Below are positions 1-8,886 of a stretch of 32,000 nucleotides of DNA, in pieces. Position 1 is the stretch's first letter. Each line of letters opens with the position of its first letter. The stretch covers positions 1,110,001-1,142,000 of the forward strand of contig NZ_LN831039.1 of NCBI RefSeq assembly GCF_001457595.1, given 5' to 3'. The notes below the pieces were generated by a model. That model saw nothing but the letters and a program-made list of their open reading frames with translations. It was not told where the DNA came from and searched no databases. The DNA comes from Mycolicibacterium smegmatis (GTDB lineage Bacteria > Actinomycetota > Actinomycetes > Mycobacteriales > Mycobacteriaceae). The position numbers and the translations under genes were made by a program.

Positions 1-576
1 AAGGAGAACGGCCTGCCGTTTTGGATCATCGCGTCGTGCGCGCTGGCCATCGGGCTGGGCACCTACCTCGGCGGCTGGCGCGTCATCCGCACGCTGGGCA
101 AGGGCCTCGTCGAGATCGAATCTCCGCAGGGCCTGGCCGCCGAGGCGTCATCCGCCGCGATCATCCTGAGCTCTAGCGCTGCCGGTATGGCGCTGTCCAC
201 CACCCACGTCGCCACCGGTTCGATCCTCGGCAGCGGCGTCGGCAAGCCCGGTGCCGAGGTGCGCTGGGCGGTCGCGGGCCGCATGGCGGTGGCGTGGCTC
301 GTGACGCTGCCCGCCGCGGGCATCGTCGGTGCGCTGGCGTTCTGGCTGTCCCACGGGGTCGAGAAGCTGACCGGCTCGTCGCTGGCCGGTGACGGCCTGA
401 TCTTCATGGTTCTCGTCGGCCTGTCGTTCTACATGTGGTGGCGTGCACAGCAGCAGAAGGTCGACCACAACAACGTCAACGCCGATTGGGACGAGACCAC
501 CAACTCGGTGGTTCCCGCCGATCTGAAGGTGACCATCCCCGACAACTCCGAGCGCCCCACCCCCGCGGGTGTCTGA
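1..576 (+). CDS. pitA: PiT-family inorganic phosphate transporter, C-terminal portion (5' end outside window)
   Basis: Frame +1 is open from base 1: KENGLPFWIIASCALAIGLGTYLGGWRVIRTLGKG...STTHVATGSILGSGVGKPG. This is the conserved PiT repeat. Several hydrophobic TM stretches; stop at 574-576. Confidence 0.9.
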   Translation, partial: KENGLPFWIIASCALAIGLGTYLGGWRVIRTLGKGLVEIESPQGLAAEASSAAIILSSSAAGMALSTTHVATGSILGSGVGKPGAEVRWAVAGRMAVAWLVTLPAAGIVGALAFWLSHGVEKLTGSSLAGDGLIFMVLVGLSFYMWWRAQQQKVDHNNVNADWDETTNSVVPADLKVTIPDNSERPTPAGV

Positions 577-591
577 CCTGAAGGAACGTTG

Positions 592-870
592 ATGACCTAC
601 CTGGAATCCATCATGAAGGTTCTGGTGGTCGGGTTGATCCTCGGCGCCGGACTGCCCGCGCTGTTCGCCACCGGCCTGCTCGCGTTCGCGGGCACCGACG
701 CCGACGCCGACGGTACCGCCGCGGCACGCAACCCGATGATGAAGTTCCTGGGCCTGGCGCTGTTCGTGTTCGTGGGTGCGGTGATCCTGGTCGCGATCCT
801 GTGGATCACGCGCGGCACCATCATCCACCACACCGGTGTCGACCTTTTCCCGTTCCTTCCGAGGAAGTGA
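592..870 (+). CDS. Small integral membrane protein (two predicted TM helices), conserved pitA neighbour
   Basis: ATG 592 lies about 5 nt after GAAGGAA. 92 aa with hydrophobic stretches VLVVGLILGAGLPALFATGLLAFAG and FLGLALFVFVGAVILVAILWI. High GC3. From memory, same size and position as Rv0544c next to pitA. Confidence 0.65.
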   Translation: MTYLESIMKVLVVGLILGAGLPALFATGLLAFAGTDADADGTAAARNPMMKFLGLALFVFVGAVILVAILWITRGTIIHHTGVDLFPFLPRK

Positions 871-871
871 C

Positions 872-1183
872 ATGACCGAGACGACGACGACCTTCATGGA
901 CAACGTCCTCGGTTGGCTGCGCAAGGGCTACCCCGAGGGCGTTCCGCCGAAAGACTATTTCGCGCTGCTGGCCCTGTTGAAGCGGTCGCTCACCGAGGAC
1001 GAGGTGGTGCGCGCGGCGCAGGCGATCCTGCGTTCCACCGATGGCCAGAGCCCGGTGACCGACGACGACATCCGCAACGCGGTGCACCAGATCATCGAGA
1101 AGGAACCGACCGCCGAGGAGATCAACCAGGTCGCCGCGCGGCTGGCATCGGTGGGCTGGCCGTTGGCCGTTCCGGTGCGCTAG
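872..1183 (+). CDS. DUF3349-family protein
   Basis: ATG 872 lies 1 nt after the upstream stop and is preceded by GAGGAAG. MTETTTTFMDNVLGWLRKGYPEGVPPKDYFALLALLKRSLTEDEV... matches my recollection of mycobacterial DUF3349 (Rv0543c-like) proteins. The ORF-track start at 836 would overlap the upstream gene. Confidence 0.75.
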   Translation: MTETTTTFMDNVLGWLRKGYPEGVPPKDYFALLALLKRSLTEDEVVRAAQAILRSTDGQSPVTDDDIRNAVHQIIEKEPTAEEINQVAARLASVGWPLAVPVR

Positions 1184-1200
1184 GCCGGTGCGCTGAGCGC

Positions 1201-1572
1201 CTAATCCCGCACGTCGCGCCGCAGCGGATGCGTCGAGGGCACCTGGACGAAGATCAGCGTGATGCCGTCGGGGTCGGTCACGTGCATCTCGTGCAGACCC
1301 CACGGTTCCTGTTTGGCCGGCCGCGTGATCGGCACCCCGCGACCCTCGAGCTCCTGCTGCGCGGCGTAGATGTCGCGCACCTGCAACCACAGGCTGCCGC
1401 CTCCCGACGGTTCGCCGTGGCCGGCGATCTCGATCAGCGACTGACCGGCGTAGAACACTGTGCCGCCGGGGTATTCACGCGCGATCGCCAGGCCGATCCC
1501 GTCGCGGTAGAACTCGAGCGATTTCTCGTAGTCGACCGGTCGGATCAACATCCGGCTGGCCAGGATCTCCAT
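1201..1572 (-). CDS. VOC / glyoxalase-bleomycin-resistance family protein
   Basis: 123 aa: MEILASRMLIRPVDYEKSLEFYRDGIGLAIAREY...WGLHEMHVTDPDGITLIFVQVP. Typical VOC beta-alpha-beta-beta-beta module; resembles Rv0546c from memory. Confidence 0.85.
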   Translation of the reverse strand: MEILASRMLIRPVDYEKSLEFYRDGIGLAIAREYPGGTVFYAGQSLIEIAGHGEPSGGGSLWLQVRDIYAAQQELEGRGVPITRPAKQEPWGLHEMHVTDPDGITLIFVQVPSTHPLRRDVRD

Positions 1573-1620
1573 GGTGTCTGTCTACCACCCTCGTTTGCCG
1601 CGCGGGCGGGCGACACGGGA

Positions 1621-3036
1621 TCAGTTCGGTCGCCGTGTCATGCGGCTGTGCCGGTCACTGGCACGCAGGCCGATTGCGAAGGCGGCCTGATCCTCGAAGT
1701 TCAGCGGGTTGCGGCCGGTGATCTCGTGGATGCGCGCGAGCCGGTGCCGCACGGTGTTGGTGTGCAGGAAGAGTTCGCGCGCGGTGTCGATGAGGGATCC
1801 GTTGGTGGCCAGAAACACCCGCAGCGTCCGCACGTGCTGGGTGCCGCGCTCGTGGTCGCTCTCGGCCAGGGGGTCGATGAGTTGCTGCTTGAACGGCGTG
1901 AGCCTGCTGAGCGGAAGGCCTTCCAGCAGACTGTCGAACGTGCTCAGCTGATCGGGCCCGATGCTGCCGCCGTGCTGACGTGCTAGGTCGAGCGCGATGC
2001 GGGCCTGTGTGATCGCCGAGCCCAGTTCGGCCAGCGGTGCGGTGGCCGAATGTCCCGACGGCAGCGACAGTTCGGCGGCGATCGCGGGCAGGTCGGCGGT
2101 GGCGCTGGTCGCCGGGTCGGTCAACACCAGGCACACCTCGGGGGCGTCGCCGACGAGCGCGGTGGGGAACGCCATCGACAACAGGGCGCCGGCACCGGCC
2201 GGCCACGCCGAGCAGGCCACCTCACGCGCGGCGAGGCCGGGCCAGTCCAGCAGCTGGTTGAGCGCGTCGGGAAGCAGCATGCGGCGCTCGACCAGTGACA
2301 GCAGCTGACCGACGCGTTCACGCGCCAGCGCCGCTTCGATGTCACGCTCGCCCTGCGCGGCCTGCACGAACCGCACGATCACGTCCAGCACGGCGTCGTC
2401 GGGTGGCGTGCCGCTGCCCACCCACACCAACGTGCCGAGTCCGTCGATGGTCACGGTGTGCGCTGCCGGGCCGCCGGTGTCTGCGGGTGCGCCGGGCTCG
2501 AGCAGGAAGTAGCAGCCCAGCACCTCACCCGCGCGGTCCAGCAGCTGCCGGGGTGATTCGCGGCGACGCGCAGACGCGAGCAGTTCCGGCACCAGGGTGT
2601 TGGTCGCGCGTGCGACGGCGAGTTCGCCGCCCACTTGGAAGTCGGCCACGTAGCGGCTCACGGTCGCGAACAGCACATTCGGCGGCGCGATCAGCAGCGG
2701 CAACCGCCTGCGCGTGCATGCCGCGACAAGAGCGTCGGGAACCGCGTCGTGCGCGTCGCCCGTGCCGAAACACAGGCCCGCGGCACCGGATTCACACAGT
2801 GCCGCGACGAAGGCCTCACAGTCGTCGGGCGTCTGCAGGCTGATGCCGACCGTGCACACCAGTTCGCCGCCGCGCAGGTAGCGCGACGGGTCGCGCAGCT
2901 CGGTGGTGTGGGCCCACGTGATCGTCCGGTCCAGTTCAGCCGACAGATCATCAGTCAGGTTCTGGGCCGCCACGACACCCAGGTGCGAATTGAGCAAATC
3001 GCGCAGCGTGGGGGCGACGTCGTCGCGATCAGGCAC
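1621..3036 (-). CDS. PucR-family transcriptional regulator
   Basis: 471 aa. The C-terminal PucR-type HTH is ARELFLHTNTVRHRLARIHEITGRNPLNFEDQAAFAIGLRA. The N-terminal region resembles the purine-catabolism PucR sensor domain. Divergent from the permease operon. Confidence 0.9.
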   Translation of the reverse strand: MPDRDDVAPTLRDLLNSHLGVVAAQNLTDDLSAELDRTITWAHTTELRDPSRYLRGGELVCTVGISLQTPDDCEAFVAALCESGAAGLCFGTGDAHDAVPDALVAACTRRRLPLLIAPPNVLFATVSRYVADFQVGGELAVARATNTLVPELLASARRRESPRQLLDRAGEVLGCYFLLEPGAPADTGGPAAHTVTIDGLGTLVWVGSGTPPDDAVLDVIVRFVQAAQGERDIEAALARERVGQLLSLVERRMLLPDALNQLLDWPGLAAREVACSAWPAGAGALLSMAFPTALVGDAPEVCLVLTDPATSATADLPAIAAELSLPSGHSATAPLAELGSAITQARIALDLARQHGGSIGPDQLSTFDSLLEGLPLSRLTPFKQQLIDPLAESDHERGTQHVRTLRVFLATNGSLIDTARELFLHTNTVRHRLARIHEITGRNPLNFEDQAAFAIGLRASDRHSRMTRRPN

Positions 3037-3200
3037 GGACCGAGCGTAACGCGGACGTCATATGAGGGCGCCGCCGCGTTGTGCGATCCTCCAAAGCCCC
3101 GGGTGCGCGACGGTGGGTTTGCAGCGACTTTGTCCCAACGCCTTGGCGGTGGCACAGGGCGGGCGTGATAGTTCGTGCAACCGGATCAAGGGAGGACACC

Positions 3201-4667
3201 GTGTCTGTACCTGAGTCGTCGTCAGGCGATTCGCAAACTCTGCGCCGCGAGTTCTCGTTGTGGTCGGCGTTCGCCTTCGCCTTCGCGTTCATCTCGCCGA
3301 TCGTCGCGCTCTACGGCATCTTCGGCCTGGCGCTCTCGGCCGCTGGCCCCAGCTTCTGGTGGGGTTTCGGCCTCGTGTTCGCAGGCCAGTTCCTCGTGGC
3401 GCTGGTGTTCGCGATGCTGGTGTCGCGCTGGCCGCTCGAAGGGTCCATCTACCAGTGGTCACGGCGCCTGCTCGGCACCACCTACGGCTGGTTCGCGGGC
3501 TGGCTCTACATGTGGACACTCGTGATCGCGATGGCCACGGTCGCGCTCGGCGCGGCGGGCTTCGTCGCCAACATCGCCGGTCTCGAAGAACCGTCCGGCG
3601 GCACGCTCGCGCTGATCGCGCTGGTGATCCTGCTGGCGGGCACCGCGGTCAACCTCGCCGGACGTCAGGCACTCAAGATCTTCATGGCGGCCAGCATCGC
3701 GGCCGAGGTCATCGGTTCGGTGGTGCTCGGCACGTGGCTGTTGCTGTTCCACCGCGAGAACTCGCTTTCGGTGCTGTTCTCCGGCGGCGGCGTGGATGTG
3801 GACATGTGGTCGTATCTCAGCGGTCCGTTCCTGCTGGCTGTGGCGTTCATCGGCTGGAGCTTCGTGGGGTTCGAGAGCGCCGGTTCGATCGCCGAGGAGG
3901 TCCACGAGCCGCGCAAGTACCTGCCGAAGGCCGTGCTGTTCTCGCTGACGTTCATCGCGCTCGTGGTGGGTTACTCGAGCCTGGCGATCATCCTGGCCAT
4001 CCCGGATCTCGACGCGGTCGCCGAGGGCGCGGTCGCCGACCCGGTCTACGACACGCTGACCAACGCGCTGGGGCACGGCGTGGCCAAACCGGTCGAGGTG
4101 ATGTTCGTGATCGGCTTCCTCGCAAGCTTTCTCGCGCTGCAGACCTCGGCGTCGCGCGTCATCTGGGCGTATGCCCGTGACGGTGCGCTGCCCGCCGCGT
4201 CCGCGCTGGGACGGTTGCGCGGCCCGGCGCGCATCCCGACCGTGGCGATCCTGGTCACCACGGTCATCGGCGCCTGCCTGTTCCTGCTCAGCATCGTCGC
4301 GGGCGACATCTACTCGCTCATGGTGAACTTCACCGCGGGTGGCTTCTACCTGGCGTTCCTGTTCCCGCTCGTCGGTTTCCTGGTGGTGCTGCTGCGCCGC
4401 ACCTGGACGCCTGCGACGTTCTCGCTCAAGGGCTTCACGCTGCCGGTCGCGCTGGTGGCCGTGGTGTGGGCGAGCCTGCAGTTCCTCAACATCGCCTGGC
4501 CGCGTGCGGCTTTCGACCAGCGCTGGCTCGACTGGTCGGTGTGGATCGGCGTCGCGGCGCTGGCTGTGCTGGGCACGGCGATCCTGGCCTCGGTGCGCTC
4601 GCACATCACCGGCACGGCAGTGGTCGAAGAGGCCGAGCTGCGCGACGAACTGGCCGATCGCTCATGA
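3201..4667 (+). CDS. APC-superfamily amino acid/polyamine permease
   Basis: GTG 3201 is preceded by GGGAGGA (3189-3195). About 12 hydrophobic segments; the N-terminal LRREFSLWSAFAFAFAFISPIV and FVGFESAGSIAEE motifs are typical of APC permeases. The 3081 start in the ORF track adds a non-membrane, Arg-rich extension. Confidence 0.9.
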   Translation: MSVPESSSGDSQTLRREFSLWSAFAFAFAFISPIVALYGIFGLALSAAGPSFWWGFGLVFAGQFLVALVFAMLVSRWPLEGSIYQWSRRLLGTTYGWFAGWLYMWTLVIAMATVALGAAGFVANIAGLEEPSGGTLALIALVILLAGTAVNLAGRQALKIFMAASIAAEVIGSVVLGTWLLLFHRENSLSVLFSGGGVDVDMWSYLSGPFLLAVAFIGWSFVGFESAGSIAEEVHEPRKYLPKAVLFSLTFIALVVGYSSLAIILAIPDLDAVAEGAVADPVYDTLTNALGHGVAKPVEVMFVIGFLASFLALQTSASRVIWAYARDGALPAASALGRLRGPARIPTVAILVTTVIGACLFLLSIVAGDIYSLMVNFTAGGFYLAFLFPLVGFLVVLLRRTWTPATFSLKGFTLPVALVAVVWASLQFLNIAWPRAAFDQRWLDWSVWIGVAALAVLGTAILASVRSHITGTAVVEEAELRDELADRS

Positions 4668-5359
4668 CCGCCCCGGTAGCGGTGGTCACCGGCGCCGCCA
4701 GCGGCATCGGTGCGGCCGTGGTCGACGCCCTGCGAGCGCGTGGCTACCGCGTGGGTGTCCTGGACATGGCAGGGCGTGCCGACGCCGATCACGTTGTCGC
4801 GGTGGATGTTTCCGACGGCTCCGCGGTCTCCGGCGCGGTGGGCGAGATCCGGCGCACGCTCGGCCCGGTGAGTGCACTGGTGACCTCGGCCGGGCACTAC
4901 GAGATGGCCGCGGTCGCCGACATCGGCACGCAGGCGTGGCAGCGCATGCTGCGCGTGCATCTCGGCGGGTTGTTCAACGCCGCACGCGCGTGCCTGCCGG
5001 ACATGCTCGAAGCGCGCTCGGGCGCGGTGGTCGCCGTCGCGAGCGAACTCGCGGTCGGCGGTGGTGACTGCGAGGCGCACTACGCCGCGGCCAAGGGCGC
5101 CATCATCGGCCTGGTGCGCAGCCTGGCCGCCGAGGTCGCCGACCGCGGTGTGCGTGTCAACGCCGTCGCCCCGGGGCCCACCGACACGCCGCTGCTGGCG
5201 CAGGATTCGCCATGGCGAGCACCGGAATACCTTCAGACGCTGCCGTTGCGCCGGCTCGCGTCGCCGCGTGAGGTGGCCCGCTGTGTCGAATACCTGGTGT
5301 GCGACGCGACTTTCGCGACGGGGGATGTGGTGAACGTGAACTCAGGAGCGGTGATATGA
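4664..5359 (+). CDS. Short-chain dehydrogenase/reductase (SDR)
   Basis: ATG 4664 overlaps the permease stop (ATGA). It has the TGAASGIGAA cofactor motif, YAAAK catalytic motif and a NAVAPGPTDTP segment. Confidence 0.9.
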   Translation: MTAPVAVVTGAASGIGAAVVDALRARGYRVGVLDMAGRADADHVVAVDVSDGSAVSGAVGEIRRTLGPVSALVTSAGHYEMAAVADIGTQAWQRMLRVHLGGLFNAARACLPDMLEARSGAVVAVASELAVGGGDCEAHYAAAKGAIIGLVRSLAAEVADRGVRVNAVAPGPTDTPLLAQDSPWRAPEYLQTLPLRRLASPREVARCVEYLVCDATFATGDVVNVNSGAVI

Positions 5360-6117
5360 CCTCGCTGGCAGGCCGCGTCGCGCTGGTGACAGGTGCGGCG
5401 CAGGGGATGGGTGCCGCACACGCACGGCGGCTGGCCGCGGCCGGTGCGACGGTGGCGGTCAACGACATCCGCGCCGGTGATGCCCTGCACGCGCTGGCGC
5501 AGGAGATCGGCGGACTCACCGCGCCGGGCGACGTGTCCGACCCGGCGGTGTGCCGACAGATCGCCGACGACGTGGCCGCGGCGACCGGGCGACTGGACAT
5601 CCTGGTCGCCAACCACGCGTACATGACCATGGCGCCGCTGCTGGACCACGACGAGGGCGACTGGTGGCGCGTCGTCGACACCAACCTCGGTGGCACGTTC
5701 CACCTGGTGCAGGCCGTGCTGCCGCACATGCGACGCCTCGGCGCGGGACGCATCGTGGTGATCGCGAGCGAGTGGGGTGTGATCGGCTGGCCCGAGGCCA
5801 CGGCCTATGCCGCGGCGAAGTCCGGGCTGATCTCGCTGGTCAAATCGCTCGGCCGTGAACTCGCACCCGAGCACATCATCGTCAACGCGGTGGCCCCCGG
5901 TGTCACCGACACTCCCCAACTGCAGGTCGACGCCGACGCCGCCGGGGTCGATCTGGCGACCATGCACGCGCAGTATGCCGAGGCGATTCCCATGGGCCGC
6001 ATCGGATCTGCCGACGAGATCGCCGCGACCGTGGAGTTCCTCGCCGATTTCGAACTGGAAGCGGTTGTGGGACAGGTGATCTCCAGCAACGGCGGGTCCA
6101 CCCGGGCCAGGGCGTGA
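5356..6117 (+). CDS. Short-chain dehydrogenase/reductase (SDR), second paralogue
   Basis: ATG 5356 overlaps the upstream stop (ATGA). It has TGAAQGMGAA, YAAAK and NAVAPGVTDTP motifs. Confidence 0.9.
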   Translation: MTSLAGRVALVTGAAQGMGAAHARRLAAAGATVAVNDIRAGDALHALAQEIGGLTAPGDVSDPAVCRQIADDVAAATGRLDILVANHAYMTMAPLLDHDEGDWWRVVDTNLGGTFHLVQAVLPHMRRLGAGRIVVIASEWGVIGWPEATAYAAAKSGLISLVKSLGRELAPEHIIVNAVAPGVTDTPQLQVDADAAGVDLATMHAQYAEAIPMGRIGSADEIAATVEFLADFELEAVVGQVISSNGGSTRARA

Positions 6118-7112
6118 AGTTCATGACGAAAGGAGAGCACGTGGAAGGCCAGCCGTACGTGCGGTCGGCGTCGGGCAAGGTGGGCCAGGTCAACGCCACC
6201 GAGGTGCCGCGGTACGCGGGCATCGCGACGTTCGCGCGTCTGCCGCAGCGGTTCGAGGTCCTCGACCACGACATCGCGGTGGTGGGTGTGCCGTTCGACA
6301 GCGGTGTCACCTACCGGCCCGGTGCCCGCTTCGGCCCGTCGGCCATCCGCGAGGCGTCGCGTCTGCTCAAGCCGTACCACCCCGCGCTCGACGTGAGCCC
6401 GTTCGCGCAGGCCCAGGTGGTCGATGCCGGTGATCTCGGGGTCAACCCGTTCAACATCGACGAGGCCGTCGGGCAGATCCGTGACGGCGTGACCGAACTG
6501 CTGGACCGCCCCGACCAGCGCGTGGTGCTGCTCGGCGGGGACCACACGATCGCGCTGCCCGCTCTGCAGGCGATGCACGCCATCCACGGCCCGGTCGCGC
6601 TCGTGCACTTCGACGCACATCTCGACACGTGGGACACCTATTTCGGGGCGCCGTGCACGCACGGCACGCCCTTCCGTCGCGCGTCGGAACTGGGGCTCAT
6701 CGTGAAAGGGCATTCGGCGCACGTCGGCATCCGCGGATCGCTGTACGACCGCGCCGATCTGCTCGACGACGAGTCCCTCGGATTCACGGTCGTGCACTGC
6801 CGCGACATCGACCGCATCGGTGTCGACGGTGTCATCTCGCGCATCCACGAGCGGGTCGGCGAGTATCCGGTGTACGTGTCGATCGACATCGACGTCCTCG
6901 ACCCGGCGTTCGCGCCCGGCACGGGAACGCCCGAGATCGGCGGCATGACCAGCCGTGAACTCGTCGCGGTGCTGCGCGCGATGCGTGGGCTCAACATCGT
7001 GGGCGCCGACATCGTCGAGGTCGCCCCCGCGTACGACAGCGGCGACGTCACCGCGGTCGCGGCCGCTAACCTGGCCTACGAATTGATTACGCTGATGGCC
7101 GATGGCTTCTGA
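6114..7112 (+). CDS. Agmatinase/guanidino-acid hydrolase (arginase-family ureohydrolase)
   Basis: Mn-binding motifs are all present: GGDHTIALP, HFDAHLDTWD, SIDIDVLDPAFAPGTGTPEIGGMTSRE. The start is ambiguous: GTG 6114 (GTGA overlap), ATG 6123, or GTG 6141, which follows AAAGGAGAG. Confidence 0.9.
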   Translation: MKFMTKGEHVEGQPYVRSASGKVGQVNATEVPRYAGIATFARLPQRFEVLDHDIAVVGVPFDSGVTYRPGARFGPSAIREASRLLKPYHPALDVSPFAQAQVVDAGDLGVNPFNIDEAVGQIRDGVTELLDRPDQRVVLLGGDHTIALPALQAMHAIHGPVALVHFDAHLDTWDTYFGAPCTHGTPFRRASELGLIVKGHSAHVGIRGSLYDRADLLDDESLGFTVVHCRDIDRIGVDGVISRIHERVGEYPVYVSIDIDVLDPAFAPGTGTPEIGGMTSRELVAVLRAMRGLNIVGADIVEVAPAYDSGDVTAVAAANLAYELITLMADGF

Positions 7113-7965
7113 ATCGGCTCCCGGCCTGGTCTGGCCCGAGGGCAAGGTCGCGGCGGCGGCGTTCACGTTCGACGTCGACGCCGAGTCGGCGATCCTGTGG
7201 GGCAATGAGGCCGTCGGCGCGCGCATGAGCGTCATGAGCCACCAGGCCTACGGGCCCCTGGTGGGCGTGCCGCGCATCCTCGATCTGCTCGACCGCCACC
7301 AGATCGCCTCGACGTTCTTCGTGCCCGGGCACACCGCGCACCGCTATCCCGATGCCGTGCGGGCGATCGTCGCGGCCGGCCACGAGGTCGCCCACCACGG
7401 CTACCTGCACGAGCAGCCCACCGCGCTCACGCTCGAAGAGGAGATCGAGGCGCTCGACCGCGGCCTCGAAGCGCTCGCCGAGGTCGCCGGTGTCACACCG
7501 GCCGGCTACCGCGCCCCGATGTGGGACTTGTCGTGGCACACACCGGGTCTGCTCGCCGAACGCAACTTCCTGTACGACTCCAGCCTGATGGACGCCGACG
7601 TTCCCTACGAACTCGCGGTGGGGGACACCTCGCTCGTGGAGATCCCGATCCAGTGGGCGCTCGACGACTGGGAGCAGTACTGCTTCTTGCCCGACATCTC
7701 GGGCAGCGGGCTCATCGAAAGCCCACGCAAGGCACGGGAACTGTGGCAACTGGAGTTCGACGCGTTGCGCCGCGCCGGCGGCTGCTGGGTGCTCACCAAT
7801 CACCCGTTCCTGTCCGGAAGAGCCTCGCGCGCAGCAGAACTCGACGATCTGATGCGCTACGTCACCGAGCACGCCGACGTGTGGACCACCAATCTGGGCA
7901 CCCTCGCCCGGCATGTCCGCGCGCAGGGTCTCACCCCGCGCAGCATCACCCAGCCGGGAAAATAG
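7102..7965 (+). CDS. Polysaccharide deacetylase (NodB/CE4 fold) family protein, possibly PuuE-like amidohydrolase
   Basis: FTFDVDAES, STFFVPGHTA and HEVAHHGYLHE are NodB-type motifs. The start overlaps the ureohydrolase 3' end by 11 nt. Confidence 0.85.
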   Translation: MASESAPGLVWPEGKVAAAAFTFDVDAESAILWGNEAVGARMSVMSHQAYGPLVGVPRILDLLDRHQIASTFFVPGHTAHRYPDAVRAIVAAGHEVAHHGYLHEQPTALTLEEEIEALDRGLEALAEVAGVTPAGYRAPMWDLSWHTPGLLAERNFLYDSSLMDADVPYELAVGDTSLVEIPIQWALDDWEQYCFLPDISGSGLIESPRKARELWQLEFDALRRAGGCWVLTNHPFLSGRASRAAELDDLMRYVTEHADVWTTNLGTLARHVRAQGLTPRSITQPGK

Positions 7966-8860
7966 GCCGGCGCCCGACGCCGTCCGGTTGTGCCGACTGA
8001 CGTTTCATCACGGCGTTCACCACACCGGGCGCCACGGCGTTGAGTGCCCTGGCGCCCACCGCGACTCGTGGTGCGATCTGCACGGGGCGGTGGCGCGCCG
8101 CGGTGATCATCCAGTCGGCCGCCTCGTCGGCCGAGAGCGCGGGCAACCCGTCGAACGCGCGGGTCGGCTTGATCATCGGGGTGTCCACCAGCGGGTAGTA
8201 CAGCGTGGTGGAATGCACACCGCCGTCGCCCCATTCGGTTTCGATGACGCGGCTGACGGCGCTCAGCGCGGCCTTCGACGCCTGGTACACCGAGAACAGC
8301 GGCGACGCCTCGCTCAGCACGCCCCACGTCGAGACGTTGATGATGTGGCCCGCGCCGCGTTCGCGCATGCCCGGCGCGAACCCGCGGATCAGCCGCAGCG
8401 GCGAGTAGTAGTTGAGCGTCATCGTGCGCTCGATGTCGTGCCAGCGCTCCAGGGAGTCGGCCAGCGGCCTGCGGATCGAATGCCCCGCGTTGTTCACCAG
8501 GATGTCCAGGCCGCCGTGGTCGGACTCGATCTCGGCCACCAGCGCGTCGATCGCGTCGAGGTCGGTCAGATCGCACGGCCGCGCCTTCGCGTCACCACCG
8601 GATGCGGTGATGCCACCGGCCACCTCGTCGAGCAGTTCGGCGCGTCGCGCCACCACGATCACCCGTGCCCCACGCTCGGCGAACTTGCGGGCGGCAGCGG
8701 CGCCGATGCCCGACGACGCACCCGTGATCAGCACCCGCTTGCCCGTCAGGTCCACCGCGTCGCGCGCGGCCCGCAGCTGAATCAACTGGTCGGTGACCGG
8801 CGGCCGCATACTCGCCAGGAACAGGTTGTCGGTGAGCCGTCGTAACGGGTGCTTGCTCAT
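7946..8860 (-). CDS. SDR-family oxidoreductase (Rv0547c-like)
   Basis: 304 aa with ITGASSGIGAAAARKF and YQASKAAL motifs. Its 3' end overlaps the deacetylase gene convergently by 20 nt. Confidence 0.9.
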   Translation of the reverse strand: MSKHPLRRLTDNLFLASMRPPVTDQLIQLRAARDAVDLTGKRVLITGASSGIGAAAARKFAERGARVIVVARRAELLDEVAGGITASGGDAKARPCDLTDLDAIDALVAEIESDHGGLDILVNNAGHSIRRPLADSLERWHDIERTMTLNYYSPLRLIRGFAPGMRERGAGHIINVSTWGVLSEASPLFSVYQASKAALSAVSRVIETEWGDGGVHSTTLYYPLVDTPMIKPTRAFDGLPALSADEAADWMITAARHRPVQIAPRVAVGARALNAVAPGVVNAVMKRQSAQPDGVGRRPIFPAG

Positions 8861-8886
8861 GTCGGGAGTGTAGGTGCGCCGTTGAT

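Noticed and set aside
913-1986. 357-aa plus-strand ORF spanning the DUF3349, glyoxalase and PucR regions; also 8849-9955 (+) antisense to menB.
   Set aside because: They run through three independently supported genes, or antisense to MenB. The translations are Arg/Gly/Ala-rich with no domain signature.
3037-3200. Possible guanidine (ykkC-type) or other riboswitch in the leader of the permease/ureohydrolase operon.
   Set aside because: I read the 164-nt divergent region for the conserved cores I remember (ykkC GGGA...ACGR...CCGAGAG-like segments, mini-ykkC ACGR loops, and the ykkC-III motif). I found none. This is only an unaided visual check.
3267-3290. Short tandem repeats GCGTTCGCCTTCGCCTTCGCGTTC (also GACGCCGACGCCGACGG at 697-713).
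   Set aside because: These are codon-level repeats encoding AFAFAFAF in a TM helix and DADAD in a loop. They are not VNTR-like or CRISPR-like structures.
3459-4604. 381-aa minus-strand ORF inside the permease gene.
   Set aside because: It is antisense to a clearly membrane-spanning APC permease. Its translation is a low-complexity, R/D/E/Q-rich sequence and there is no SD context.
5805-7235. 476-aa ORF on the minus strand, antisense to SDR-2 and the ureohydrolase.
   Set aside because: It is a typical high-GC antisense artefact: an Arg/Ala/Gly/Asp-rich translation with no recognisable motif. The plus strand encodes proteins with complete SDR and arginase-family motifs.
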